Assembly: GCA_030390025.1 (NCBI GenBank)
Contig: CM059432.1
Location: forward strand, 67,582,001 to 67,646,000
Source: Squalus acanthias
Lineage: Eukaryota
Length of the DNA: 64,000 nucleotides
Direction: 5' to 3'
Part shown: positions 28,241 to 42,197 of the stretch, one piece after another
How positions within the stretch are numbered: position 1 is the first letter of the stretch
How the letters are laid out: every line of letters begins with the position of its first letter
Notes under the pieces: model-generated
What the model was told of the DNA's origin: nothing
The model's input: the letters and a program-made list of their open reading frames with translations, nothing else
Databases searched by the model: none
Made by a program: the position numbers and the translations under genes

Positions 28241-30355
28241 ATAGAATCATCCAGCACAGAAGGAGGCCATTTGGTCCATCATGCCTGTGCCAGTACTTTG
28301 AAAGAGCTATCCAATTAGTCTCACTCCCCTGTACTTTCCCCATAGCCCTGCAAATTATGCCTTTTCAAGTATATATCCAATTCCCTCTTAAAAGTTACTG
28401 TTGAATCTGCTTCCACCACTCTTTCAGTCAGTGCATCCCTGATCATGAAAACTCGCTGCATAAAATATTTCTCCTCATCTCCCTTCTGGTGCCAATTACC
28501 TTAAATCTGAGTTATCTGATTACCGACCCGCCTGGCAGTGGAAACAGTTTCTCCCTATCTACTCTACCAAAATTCCTCAAAATTTTAAACACCTCTATTA
28601 AATCTCCCCTTAACCTTCCCTGCTCTAAAAAGAACCCATGATGTGGAGATGCCGGTGTTGGACTGGGGTGGACAAATGTGAGAAGTCGCACAACACCAGG
28701 TTATAGTCCATATAACCTGGTGTTGTGCGACTTCTCACTCTAAAAAGAACAATCCCAGCTTCTCCAATCTTTCCACATAACTGAAGTCTCTCATCCCTGG
28801 AAACATTCTAGTAAATCTCCTCTGCAATGTCTCCAAGTCATTGACATCCTTTCTGAAGTGTGGTGCCCAGAATTGGACACAATACTCTAGCCACAATAAC
28901 CAGTGATTTATAAAGGTTCAGCATAACTTGTTTGGTTTTGTACTCTATGCCTCTATTTATAAAGGCAAGGATCCCATATGTGTTTTTAACAGCCTTCCCA
29001 ACTTGTCCTGCCACCTTCAAACATTTGTGTACATAAAGCCCCAGTTTGCTCTGTTCCTGCACCCCCTTTAAAATTGTACCACTTAGTTTATGTTACCTCT
29101 CCTCATTTTTCCTTCCAAAATGCATCACTTCAGACTCCTCTGCATTAAATTTCTGCCCATTTCAGCAGTCTGTCTATGCCTTCCTGAAGTCTGCTACCTT
29201 CCTCACTGTTTATTACATTTCCGAGTTTCATGTCATCTGCAAACTTCAAAACTATGCCCTGTATGTGCAAGTCCAGGTCATTAATATATATCAAAAAGAG
29301 TAGTGGTCCTGATTTCGACCCCTGGGGGATACCACTGCACACTTCCCTCCAGTCTGAAAAATAACCGATTCACCACTGCTCTCTGCTTTCTGTCCTTAGC
29401 GAATTTTGTAACCATACTGCCACTGCCCCTTTAATCCCATGGGCTTCAATTTTGCTAACAAGTCTATTAGGTGGTATTTTATTAAATACCTTTTGAAAGT
29501 CCAGATACACTGCATCAACTGCACTACTCATCAAACCATTCCGTTACTTCATCAAAGAACATCAAAGTTTGTCAGACACGATTTGACTTTAACAAATCCA
29601 TGCTTGTTGTCATTTATCAACCCATGTCTTTCCAAGTGGCAATTAATTTTGTCCTGGACTACTGTCTCTAAAAGTTTCGCCACCACCAACGTTAGGCTGG
29701 CTGGCCTGTAGTTACCGGGATTATCTCTTTCCCTTTTTTTGTTGCAACCCACCAGTCCTCTGGCATCACTTCCATATCCAAGGAGAATTGAAAGATTGTG
29801 GCTAGAGCTGCTGCTATTTTCTCCCTTTCTTCCCTTAGCAACCTAGGATGCATCCCATCCAGACTGGGTGACTTTTCTACTTTGAACACGGCCAACCTTT
29901 TAAGTACCTCCTCTATCTTTTTTTATCCTATCCAATTATTCTACTACCTCTACCTTTACTGTGACTTTGGTAGCATCCTTTTGTTTTGTGAATACTGACG
30001 CAAAGTACTTATTTAGAACCAAAACCAGGCCCTCTGCCTCCATTAGAAGATCTCCTTTTTGGTTCCTAATCGGTCCCAGCCTTCCTTTGACTATTGTTTT
30101 ACTATTAATATATTTATAAAAGACTTTCATGTTCCCTTTTATGTTACCTGCTAATCTTCTCTTATACACTCGCTTTGCCCCTCTAATTTCCTTTTACAGT
30201 TCTCCTCTGCACTTTCTGCATTCTGCTTGATTCTCTACTGCATTATGAAACTGACATTTATCTTAAGCCTCCTTTTTCTGTTTCATTTTAATCTCTATCT
30301 TTAGTCATCCAGTGAGCTCTAGCTTTGGATGCCCTTCTTTTCCTCCTCATAGGAA
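28241..30355 (-). mobile_element. CR1 LINE ORF2 (RT) decayed
   Basis: Minus NPGNYRPASLT, HGFVKVKSCLTN, GIPQGS, KFADD, YGILAFINRGIEYK. Confidence 0.9.
28636..28737. mobile_element. 102-bp insertion with perfect 28-bp hairpin, probably a Penelope-like element terminus
   Basis: 13-bp TSD ctctaaaaagaac (28623-28635 / 28738-28750); arms 28678-28705 and 28711-28738 are exact reverse complements. Confidence 0.7.
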
Positions 30356-31001
30356 AGTTGTGCCACAAACCTATTTTCTATTGAATAAACATGTTGGAGC
30401 TTCAGGGGCAGCCAGCAGCCTTCAATAACCTTTTTGCTTGACCTGGGAGCCCCAGCCCCTATGGTGAGCCAATGGATCTGTTCTAGAAGTGTCACAAAAA
30501 TACTTAAAAGAGCTGACTTTGCATTATTGGGTGACGTCAACTCAGCTGGGCACAGGCACAGCCAACACTCATTATTAGCCCCAATATTGCAAGGACAAAC
30601 ACCTTCATCATTTTCCCTGTGGAAAGGCAGCGTCAACAGGACAAAGCACAGAGCATTTACTAGGTGGAAGTGTTCAAAAAGAATAAGGGCATCATAGATG
30701 GCACCCATGTGGTCAGCCTACATCCCTTTTATATATAGGTTCTGGTGGCAGTGTTAGTTTGGTGGGGCATAGTGACAGTAGAAACTACTTCAGTAACACA
30801 TGAGAAGTATAGCCTGCAGCTTCATTACCATGAAAGCATGTGTAAAGAAGGTTAAAATTCATGTCAATGTTTCATGCAATGCCTCCCCAAAGGTATATCA
30901 ATTATAAGTTCTTCTTTGTAAGAGTATTTGAATCTGACACAAAATATGATTGCAACGTAAATCTTTTATTGAGTTTGACCAAGTCTTTAACATACTCAAT
31001 T

Positions 31002-31912
31002 GCCTCGATATTTACTGGGGCAGGATTTCCAAACAGGGATGGGGGGACGGGGAGGAATTCTGGTCGGGACCCAGATGTCTTTATTTTTTAACAGGTTCCC
31101 CGTCCAGAAGATAGCCTGATTGACAGGCTTGGCTCCCTGTCGGGCGGGGAACACTCCAGTAGAGGCCACAGCCCAGGAGCAGGTAGGTTTCCTGCTGCTC
31201 GAGGTAGAGTTCGCGAGGGGTTCATGGATACAGTGTGGTTTGGAGGGTTGCCGGATGATCGCGGGGGATCGGAGAGAGATTGGGGCAGAGATGGGGGGGT
31301 CAGGGTGGGTTGGTGATCATGGTGGGGGGTGGGGGTTCGGTGATCATGGGGGGGTGGGGTCCGATTCCAGGGCATGGGGTTTGGTGATCGCGGGGTGCGT
31401 CAGTGATCACAGGGGCGCAGTGATCGTGAGGGTGTCCGATCAGGGGGGTCAGATCGCAGGGGAGGGGGTTCAGAGACCGAGGTTGGAGGTTCTGATCACA
31501 GGGGTGGGGGGGGTTTCCGATCACTTGGAGTGGGAAACAGGTTTGCTTGGGGGGCCTGAAGAGAAGCACTCCTGCTCCTCCTGGCCCATAAACAGTGCTG
31601 GGAAACCACTTACCTCTCCTATGCAGCAGTCCTCATCTCCTTTAGCTGCCAGGTTTCCTGAGGCCCGGGAAACCCGGCCGGTCAGTCTTAAAGCTGAAAG
31701 AGAGACAAAATCTGAGGCACACTGCCTCATTAAAATATTTAAATGAGCAACCCGCCTTCTGGGAGCGGGTTGGTCGCCTACCCTCCATTCTGGCTCCATT
31801 AAAACCGGAAGTGAGCAGTTCGAGGCGGGCTGGTTTTGAGTTTGAGATTTTTTACATTTTAACATCATACCTGACCCAAACTCATCCATTTTTGGAGTTT
31901 AAATTTACCCCC
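31002..31912 (+). mobile_element. MITE family A copy
   Basis: Shares agcctgattgacaggct, G-rich gatc repeats, cactcctgctcc, ttaaaaccggaagtg with 25738-26539. Confidence 0.7.
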
Positions 31913-33849
31913 AATGTCTCTACGCAGTGGTCATACAGAGAAATAAATGCAATTACCCTGCTTTTCCTCTGGGTAGAAATGTAATCTTCATCAAACCTTT
32001 CATTCTCATCTCTCTCTACAAATTGTGAAGGAAAGCTCAAGATCTTGATAGGCCTCTAGTCACGCATACTGTCCTTGATGATTCATTATGTCCTGATAAC
32101 AGTTGTTGTGAACAAAACTCCCAGAAATGAGGTAGCTTCTGTCAAAACACCAGATGCTAACTTGTTTAGAGTCTAGGCCCATTGTCCTGCTTCTTATCGC
32201 TACTTTGGCTATCTCTTTTCCCAATATATTGACAAAAAGAAGTCAACAGTATGAATCACACATCCTGCACCTCGACAGAAAATAAACAGCACAGTCAGCT
32301 AAATTGTAAACTGATATATCAGACCCTAAAGCAGCCTGTGAATGAACAGCTTAACCATTTAATTATTTCTTGTAACAGTACAAAACCACAAGTTAAAAAG
32401 AAAGCAAAAACCTTAATCATATGGGATTAAACCAAATCCTAATCTTATGTGTATATGTATATGCGAATAGGGTATCTTACATGCTATTCCATGCATATTT
32501 ACCACCAATAGCAATAATCTGTCCACGTATGGTTACACTTACCTTGCTACTCCTCCCAATGCCTGAAAAATTCTTGCACATTCATTTCTTGGTGACTTCC
32601 ATTCAGTCAGCTTCCACCTTTGCTTTCACTAGCTGGCCACTGTCTTTTGCTACAACAGGTTTTTTAAGGTGTCATTAACAAAAGGGGAAGTTCTCCCCAT
32701 AACTCTGCTTCCAAACGTTCTTTGGCAATGGACAGTACTCCAAGCCTTTTTGAAAGGCTATTTGAAAGACAACTTAGACATCAGCACAAATATTGAATTA
32801 TTTAAAAATTAAATACTTCTGGATTCCATGTAGTTTTGTCAATTTACAATAGTTTTTTATGAAATCTTTACACATTGGACAATACCCTGACATTAAATAA
32901 TTATGTGAGTATGGAATTCTTTCTCACTGTGCTACACCAGTTCTAAAAGTCATAGTACAGTGAATTTATGTTTTCTAATAGTGTTAGTTAGTCCCATTAT
33001 CAAGTTCCTCATCAGACAATGCTCCTACGAAATAGAAACATTGGCCATATCAATAACTTTGTTTCCCCCCTGAATCAATCTTTTACTTTTTTGTTTGTGG
33101 TGGTTAAGAGCTGAAATTGCTAAGTTCTGATTCTGACGAGGTGCCTTGGCATACATAAGTGCAGGTTAGAGCTAAGGGTATAATATTCTCCAATCTTCAC
33201 TGGCCACTAGCCAAGCTCTGCAATTTCGACCCTTTACGGTCATGTTGGAAAGGAAAATGTTTCTGGTGTTGAATTTAAGCACTGAACACACAGAATTACA
33301 AAGCTCAATCTGGAAAATTATAGCTGGACAGTTCTAATTGAAATCTGTAAATTGTTCATCTGTCATATATTTGGTAGCATTATTTAGTAATTTTAATATT
33401 GTCTATTGCAGGTACAGCTTTTGAAAATGGCAATAAACGATGCATTCTAACTCTCAGCGAACACAGGCTCACTCTGCTTTGACAAACATTGCAACCAGCA
33501 TGTATAACTGACTGCTATTTCACTTCTGTCAAGGCATATAATGAGAAAATTCAAGGTATGTTGACCTATTCATTTGCCCTTAGTTCAGGAATTTTAAAAT
33601 TCACTATTTGGTGACATATAATAATCTTTCCATGCCTCCAAACTAAAGTGTGATCCATCACTGTCTTGCAGCGCCATGACTGAAAAATAGTAGACTTTTG
33701 GGAGATTTCCTCTACATGATTATAATGATAGATAATTTGGTTTGCCAATCTCCAAGAGAAAGTAATTATCACTGAGATAGAGGTGATGCTAAAATTGAAT
33801 TTGTCAAATGCAGAAAGAATCTTTGCTAAGATTAGGGTTATTAAAGGCT

Positions 33850-35270
33850 GCAGGCCCTGATGGTGTTCACCCTAAAAGAAATGGGGGCTGTGTTAGGCCA
33901 GCTGGTAGCTCACATAGTTAACAGGACGTTGAAGTTTGAGATTGCTCCCAAGGACTGGAGAGAGCCCCACGTGGTGCCTATGTTTAAGAACGATAATAAA
34001 TTAGAACCGGGAAACTATAGGCTCATTAGTTTGATTTCAGCAATAAGCAAGTTTCTAGAAGGGATTATTAGAGAATTGCTGTATTCTTATTTGGAAAGAG
34101 CAAGGGTGATTATAGAATCTCAACATGGTTTTTGGAAATGGAGGTCCTGACTTACCAACTTACCAATTTTTTGAAGAGTTCACAAAGTTGGTAGTAGCTT
34201 TGCATATCTTGATTTTCAAAAAGTCTTTGATAAAGTGCCACGCAGAAGGCTGTCAAGTAATATTTTATTCTGTGGGAATGGCAGGCAGATATTAGGCTGA
34301 ATAAAGAATTGGATGTATTCAGGTAAGCAGCGAGCAGCTATTAATGGCAGCAGCTCTGTGTATGATCCAGTTATTATTGGAGTTCCACAGGGTTCTGTAT
34401 TGGGACCGTTCCTCTTTGCCATTTTTAGCAATGATTTAGATGAAGGCATCAGGGGAACAATTCTTAATTTTGCTGATGACACAAAGATGTGTGTGAGAGT
34501 TAGAACATTAGATTAAATAAATAGACTGCAAGCTGATCTAGATACATAGGGGGAATGGGCCCAAGTGTAGCAAATGTACTTAAGCGTAGACAAATGAAGT
34601 GTGATTTGGGCCATGGTAATTCTATGCATGTGCATACCATGTAGGGTTACCCACTTAAGGCTGTGCAGCAGGAGGCAGATCTCAAGATTGTAATTCACGA
34701 AACATTGAATGTCCATGACCAGGGTCGCAAGGCCATAGAGAAAGTGAACAGGGTGTTAGAGATTATAGTTAGGACAGTTAGATGCAAAATTAGAAATACA
34801 ATACTTGTACATGGCTTTGCTACAGATACAGCTCGAATGCTGTGCCCAGTTTTGGACCCCTCACATGATGGGGGATATTGAAGCCCTGGAAAAGGGCCAA
34901 AGGAGGACTACCAGAATAATACCAAGTCTTAGTGATCTGGACAGGCTTGGGGAACTGACTCTTTGTTAATTGGAAAAATGTAGACTTCAAAGAGGCATGA
35001 TTGAGGTCTTTAAAATGATGAAGGGAATAGATTCTGTTTGGGTGGATATGTTATTTGAGCTGGATAGGGAGGGGTGTGCTAAGGGACATCAGTACTAAAT
35101 ATAAAAACATGAAGTAAGGTTAGATGCCAGGAAGTATTTTTTTGCAGAGAGTCATTGTTCAGCCCCTGGAATGGTTTGCCAGTATGTGTGGCAAGCATAG
35201 ATTTGCTGCAGGTCTTCAAAAGGGAGCTGGACTAGTTCCTGAGAGTAGAAGATATCTCAAGTTATTGAAG
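33850..35270 (+). mobile_element. Old CR1 LINE RT fragment
   Basis: PGNYRLISL, QHGF, GVPQGSVLGP, FADDTK with many stops. Confidence 0.85.
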
Positions 35271-35581
35271 GTAGGTGGGTTAATGGAGACTAGTCATGTC
35301 AGTTATTGCAGTTTCCTGGAGCTTGCTTGATCGCCTTTGGGAGGTCAGAAAATAATTTCCAAGAATTATTTTCCTAAATTGGCCTAAGGCAATTGTTCTG
35401 TTTTTGCCTTTCCCAAGGATTGCATGACTGGGTTGAATGGTTGGGGATGGTGAAGGGGAGAAATGGGACAGAGGATGGGAATTGATAGTGTGTGAAGGTT
35501 GCACCGTATGGATAGGGCAGGTTGAATGGACCAGTGGGTCCTTTACTCTCCTTTTTCGTATATTTGAGTCAATATCATAGA

Positions 35582-36585
35582 TATGTGCTTGGGCCTCAGC
35601 TATTTACAATCTATATCAATGATTTGGATGAGGGGACCAAATGTAACATATCCAAGTTTGCTGATGATACAAAGCTAGGTGGGAATGTAAGTTGTGAGGA
35701 GGATGCAAAGAGGCTTCAAGGGGATATAGACAGGCTAAGTTAGTGGGCAAGAGCATGGCAAATGGAATATAATGTGGAGAAATGTGAAGTTATCCACTTT
35801 GGTAGGAAAAATAGAAAATCAGAGTATTTTTAAATGGTGAGAGATTGGGGAATGTTGGTGTTCAGAGGGACCTGGGTGTCCTTGTACACAAATCACTAAA
35901 AGTTAACCTGCAGGTACAGCAAACAATTAAGAAAGCAAATGGTATGTTGGCCTTTATTACAAGAGGATTTAAGTATAAGAGTAAAGATGTCTTACTGCAA
36001 TTATATAGGGCCTTGGTGAGACCACACCTGGAGTATTGTATATAGTTTTGGTCTCCTTACCTAAGGAAGGATATACTTGCCATAGAGGGAGTGCAACAAA
36101 GGTTCACCAGACTGATTCCTGGGATGGGGGGATTGTCCTATGAGAAGAGATTGAGTAGACTAGGCCTATATTCTCCAGAGTTTAGAAGAATGAGAGGTGA
36201 TCTCATTGAACCATACAAAATTCTTACAGGGCTTGACAGGGTAGATGCAGGGAGGATGTTTCCCCTGGCTGGGGAGTCTAGAACCAGGGGTGACAGTCTC
36301 AGAATAAGGGGTCTGCCATTTAGTACTGAGATGAGGAGAAATTTCTTCACTCAGAGGGTGGTAAATCTTTGGAATTCTCTACCCCAGAGGGCTGTGGAGG
36401 CTCAGTCGTTGAGTATATTCAAGACAGAATTCGATAGATTTTTGGATATTAAGGGAATCAAGGGATATGGGGATAGTGCAGGGAAGTGGAGTTGAGGTAG
36501 AAGATTAGCCATGATCTTATTGAATGGTGGAGCAGGCTCGAGGGGCCAAATGGCCGACTCCTGCTCCTATTTCTTATGTTTTTAT
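35582..36585 (+). mobile_element. CR1 LINE 3' kb
   Basis: [35 protein letters not shown]; tail tttcttatgtttttatg. Confidence 0.92.
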
Positions 36586-36864
36586 GTGGTTCAAAATCTC
36601 TTAGTTGTAAGCACTGCAGATGTCAAATCAGTCAATTTCTTTCTGTTCCATCAAGACTTTAATGACTAAATCTAACATTTCAATTAACATAAGTGTACTT
36701 GGCTGACATTTATAGAAAGCCTGAAACAACATTAATATTTTGTCTTCATTCAGTAGACATACGATAACAAGAAAATTCAGTGACAATGGGCCTTTCAGGC
36801 CATCAAAACCACTCTATCCAGCGTCTCTGTATGATGATTTTATCATTTTCTACCCACACCACCT

Positions 36865-37075
36865 AGATCAATCACTAGTTAGGCCCCATCTGGAGTATTG
36901 TGTCCAATTCTGGGCATCATACGTTAGGAAAGATGTCAAGACCTTAGCGAGGGTTCAGAGGAGATTTACTGGAATGGTTGCAGGCAGCGATGAGGGACTT
37001 CAGTTACGTGGAGAGACTAGAGAAGCTGAGGTTGTTCTCCTTAGAGCAGAGAAGGTTAAGGAGAGATTTAATCAA
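36865..37075 (+). mobile_element. Short CR1 fragment
   Basis: [21 protein letters not shown]. Confidence 0.7.
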
Positions 37076-37574
37076 GATCGATCCTCTACTTTAGAGAACA
37101 CTGATTTTCATCCCGGACATCCCCTGAAAAGAGAATTAACAAATGTTTTTAAATATCTCTATTACCCTTTATCCCTCTTTTTAAAAACACGCCTCTTGAC
37201 CAACTAAGTAGGATTTCAATTTTTGTTTGATTTCTATTTTTGTTGTAGATTCTCAATTTAATAACCCAGATGGGATGTATTAAAAATAATACCTACACAT
37301 TCATAAATTACATAAAAACTAAATGCTACAATGTTTCCTAATTAAGTGTACTTATTAAACCTACTTGCATTTGACTCTATTCTGGAGCTAAAATTCTGTT
37401 ATTTTTATACATTATTTCCCTGCATAACGTTGTATTTTCTCTTATCTGGTCTCTTTTTTGTTTGTTTTGATTTTGTCTCTTCAGGTATTTAATTTTATGG
37501 TTTGGTTCTGATTTTTGATTTCTTTAATTTTGTCTCCAATATTATTTACCTTTAAGAACACAAGTGGCAAATTA

Positions 37575-40248
37575 CTAAAACTAGAGAGATCAGAAGATCA
37601 AGATGTAGAATCGGTTTGGGTGGAGATAAAAAATAATAAAGGGAAAAAGTCTCTGGTGGGCGTAGTCTACAGGCCCCCGAACAGTAGCAATGCTGTTGGA
37701 CAGAGTATAAATCAACAAATAATGGAGGCCTGTAAAAAAGGTACGGCAATAATCATGGGTGATTTTAATCTCCATATTGGTTGGACAAATCAAATTGGCA
37801 ATGGTAGCCTTGAGGAGGAGTTCATCGAGTGCATCCGGGATGGTTTCCTAGAACAGTATGTAATGGAACCAACCAGGGAACAGGCTACCTTGGATCTGGC
37901 ACTATGTAATGAAACAGAATTAATAAATGATCTCACAGTAAAGGATCCTCTAGGAAAGAGTGATCATAGCATGGTTGAATTTCAAATTCAGTTGGAGGGT
38001 GAGAAAGTTGTATCTCAAACCAGTGTCCTGATCTTAAACAAAGGCAATTACAGTGGCATGAAGGCAGAACTGGCTAAAGTGGACTGGAAAAATAAATGAA
38101 AGGATAAAACAGTTGAAATGCAGTGGTGGACATTTAAGGAGATATTTCATAACTCTCAACAAAAATATATTCCAGTGAGAAAGAAAGAATTTAAGAGAAG
38201 GGAGCACCATCTGTGGCTAACTAAGGAAGTAAAAGATGGTATCAAATTGAAAACGAAGGCATACAATATTGCCAAGATTGGTGGGAGACCAGAGGATTGG
38301 GAAATTTTTAAAAACCAGCAAAGGATGACTAAAAAAAAAAATAATAAAGAGAGAGAAGATGAATTATGAGAGTAAACTGGCAAGAAACATTAAAACAGAT
38401 AGTAAGAGCTTCTACAGGTATATAAAAAGGAACAGGGTAGCTAAAGTGAACGTTGGTCCCTTAGAGGATGAGACTGGGGAATTAATAATGGGGAACGGGG
38501 AAATGGCAGAGACTCTGAACAAATATTTTATATCTGTCTTCACGGTAGAAGACATTAACAACATCCCAATAATGGATAATCAAGGGGCCACAGGGAGGGG
38601 GTAACTAAAGACAATCACTATCACTAAGGAAATAGTACTTGGTAAAATAATGGGACTAAAAGATGACAAGTCCCCTGGACCAGATGGCCTGCATCCCAGG
38701 GTCTTAAAAGAAGTGGCTGCAGAGATAGTGGATGCATTGGTTGCAATATACCAACATTCCCTGGACTCTGGAGAGGTCCCAGCGGATTGGAAAACCACAA
38801 ATGTAACACCCCTATTTAAGAAAGGAGGGAGACAGAAAGCAGGAAACTATAGACCAGTTAGCCTAACATCTGTCGTTGGGAAAATGCTGGAGTCCTTCAT
38901 TAAGGAAGCAGTAGCAGGGCATTTGGAAAATCATAATGCAGTCAAGCAGAGTCAGCATGGTTTTATGAAAGGGAAATCATGTTTAACACACTTGCTGGAG
39001 TTCTTTGAGGAGGTAACAAGTAGGGTGGACAAAGGTGAACCAGTGAATGTGGTGTATTTGGATTTCCAGAAGGCATTCAATAAGGTGCCACATAAAAGGT
39101 TACTGCATAAGATAAGAGCTCACGGAATTGGGGGTAATATATTAGCATGGATAGAGAATTGGCTAACTAACAGAAAGCAGAGAGTCGGGATAAATGGGTC
39201 ATTTTCCGGTTGGCAAACGGTAACTAGTGGGGCGCCACAGGGATCGGTGCTGGGGCCTCAACTATTTACAATCTACATTAATGACTTGGATGAAGGGACC
39301 GAGTGTAATGTAGCCAAGTTTGTGGATGATACAAAGATGGGTGGGAAAGCAAGTTGTGCAGTGGACTCAAAGAACCTGCAAAGGGATATAGACAGGCTAA
39401 GTGAGTGGGCAAATATTTGGCAGATGGAGTATAATGTGGGAAAGTGTGAGGTTATACACTTTGGCAGGAAAAATAAAAAAGCAAATTATTATTTAAATGG
39501 AGAGAGATTACAAAATGCTACAGTTCAGAGAGACCTGGGGGTCCTTGTGCATGAAACACAAAAAGTTAGCATGCAGGTACAGCAAGTAATCAAAAAGGCA
39601 AATTAAATGTTGGCCTTTATTTCAATAGGGTTGGAGTATAAAAGCAGGGAAGTCCTGCTACAACTGTACAGGGTGTTGGTGAGACCACACGTTGAGTACT
39701 GCATACAGTTTTGGTCTCCTTATTTAAGGAAGGATGTACTTGCATTGGAGGCAGTTCAGAGACGATTCATTAGGTTAATTCCAGAGCTTAGGGGGTTGAC
39801 TTATGAGGAAAGGTTGAGCAGGCTGGGCCTATACTCATTGGAATTTAGAAGAATGAGAGGTGATCTTATTGAAACATATAAGATACTGAGGGGGCATGAC
39901 AAGGTAATGCAGAGAGGATGTTTCCCCTCGTGGGGAAATCTAGAACACGGGGGCATAGTTTCAGAATAAAGGGTCACCCTTTTAGGACTGAGATGAGGAG
40001 GAATTTCTTCTCTCAGAGGGTCGTAAATCTGTGGAATTCTCTGACCCAGAGAGCTGTGGAGGCTGGGTAATTAAATACATTTAAGGTGGAGATAGACAAA
40101 TTTTTGCAAGATAAGGGAGTGAAGGGTTATGGGGAGCGGGCGGGGAAGTGGCTTTGAGCCCAAGATCAGCCATGATCTTATTGAATGGCGGAGCAGGCTC
40201 GAGGGGCCATGTGGCCTATTCCTGCTCCTATTTCTTATGTTCTTATGA
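37575..40248 (+). mobile_element. CR1 LINE ORF2 (endonuclease + RT), 5' truncated, few lesions
   Basis: VVYRPPN, MGDFN, SDH, SPGPDGLHP, NYRPVSLTS, PQGSVLGP, KFVDDTK; tail ttcttatgttcttatg. Confidence 0.95.
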
Positions 40249-40759
40249 GATTAAATGCTTTTCAACAACATTTCATCACAGTAATTGACAAATGAAGAAG
40301 ACTCTGGATCAATATCTGTAAAATATGAGTGAAGGTTGTCAATGATCAAGTGATCTATTGAACATAATGGCTCATTTGTTGCTGTAACCATGAAATTGTT
40401 AATTTGTGGAATGCACCTGGTCAAGGTTGAATAATGTAATCTGTAATGTTAAATTGGTATCCCGGAGTTTTGGTACATTAACTGAGGAAATGAGGCAGAA
40501 ACTTCAGTGAGCTTTATTTTCTTGCAAACTCAATTTGCTATTCACCTCCCTCCGAAATTTAAATGAAGTTGGATTCCTACAGATAGTGGATATACTAAAT
40601 GAACCAAATCACTTACTACCATGCCAATAATACCTTTACAAAGAGTTAGATAACTATCTCATTGCGACAATATTAAGGTTTAGATAGATAAATACAGATA
40701 GAGATGGTCAAATTTTGAGTGGAACAAAATAGATTGAAGGCAACCAATAACGTTCTTTT

Positions 40760-41012
40760 AAATATTCGTTCATGGGATGTGGGCAGCGCTGGCAAGGCCA
40801 GCATTTATTGCCCATCCCTAATTGCCCTTGAGAAGGTGGTGGTGAGCCGCCATCTTGAACCGTTGCAGTCCCTGTGGTGAAGGTACTCCCACAGTGCTGT
40901 TAGGGAGGGAGTTCCAGGATTTTGAACCAGTGACGATGAAGGAACAGCGATGTATTTCCAAGTCAGGATGGCGTGGACTTGGAGGGGAACTTGCAATTGA
41001 TGGAGTTCCCAT
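40760..41012 (-). mobile_element. 3' end of a non-LTR retrotransposon, probably the same family as 43884-46585
   Basis: Minus ORF CSFIVTGSKSWNSLP..LQRFKMAAHHHL is a typical LINE ORF2 C-terminus followed by a 3' UTR. Confidence 0.65.
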
Positions 41013-41224
41013 GTTCCAAGTGGTTAAATAATGTATGATGTAAAATTAGATAAGAATACTGAAGTTTTGCTTGATTTACCTTTGAAGGCAGGGGAAAACT
41101 TTGCAGAACATTTCCTCAGGATATTAATTGGGTGTTGTAGGGTTCATGATATAGTTGAATGTACCTAGTCTGAAGGAGCAGACTTGGTGTGAAAATGGCC
41201 TTTCCTTGTTTTTTAATCTACATT

Positions 41225-41830
41225 GTATGCGCTAGTGAAGATCACCACAGCACTCAATTTCTATGCACACTGGAAGTTTTGCAGGGGCAACTGGGGACAT
41301 AGGTTGTGTAAGCAAGTCAGCTGTGCATCAATGGTTTCACAAAGTCTCAGATGCCTCGTTTGCCAGGGCAAATTAATACATCATATTCTCCATGGATGTC
41401 AGGGAGCTGCAAGCACCTGACTTTCACTGACTAACTGGTTTGCCCAAGGTGCATGGTGCGATAGGTGTGACTTTGTTGACTTGCATGCACCCATGGAGAA
41501 TAGTGCCCCTTTGATGAATGTAAATGATCATTGGCATAAGAATATGCAGGTGAATGCCAGCATCCCTGACACCTCACATGATGTCTTCATGCTCAGACAA
41601 TCCACCATTCCACCCCTATTTGAAGAAATATAAGGAACGAAGAATTGGGTGCTAGGGGACATTGGCGATCCACTCTTGCTCTGGTTAATGACACCCCTGA
41701 GGGTTCTGTCTAAGGAAGTGGAGCAGTGAGATAACGAAGCTCATGTTTCCACCAGAATGACCATTGAGATTATAATTGTTGCCCTGCAGCAGAGGTTCCG
41801 ATGCTTGGAGGTTCTGGGGGTGTTCTGCAA
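41225..41830 (+). pseudogene. Highly decayed Harbinger transposase
   Basis: VKITTALNFYA, VHGAI, HDVFML, VLGD, RFRCL remnants in the expected order. Confidence 0.6.
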
Positions 41831-42197
41831 TATAGTGACATCTTTGCCACTGCTAGAACCATTTACCAAGCTCTTATTGAGGACGCCTTCTCCTTAATAC
41901 TTATCCATCCACTGCATCAAAAGTCCTCCCAACAACTTTCCAGGACACAACAAAAATAAACTGCTGTAGGCTTTTCAGACCTCCAGCAGCACACAATATT
42001 CCACCCACAAACAAGGAATGTTGTGATTTGTTTTTCAGGAGACCTCCATTTGGACACTCAAATGCATCAATCATGCTATTAACATGATCTGGTGGGGTAA
42101 TTTTACAAGTCAGAAAATCATGGGCAATGTGTGCTCAAATATTCGATTTGTCCTGTCATGGGTGAAGACTCCACCAGCGACGCAAATGAGTAATATT

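Noticed and set aside
31120..31746. 208-aa Gly-rich ORF (and similar at 25891, 27738)
   Set aside because: Falls in the G-rich internal repeats of MITE family A.
33411..33556. Exon-like segment (ttgcag|...caag|gtatgt)
   Set aside because: Good splice-like ends but stop codons in all three frames; could be a non-coding or terminal exon, unsupported here.
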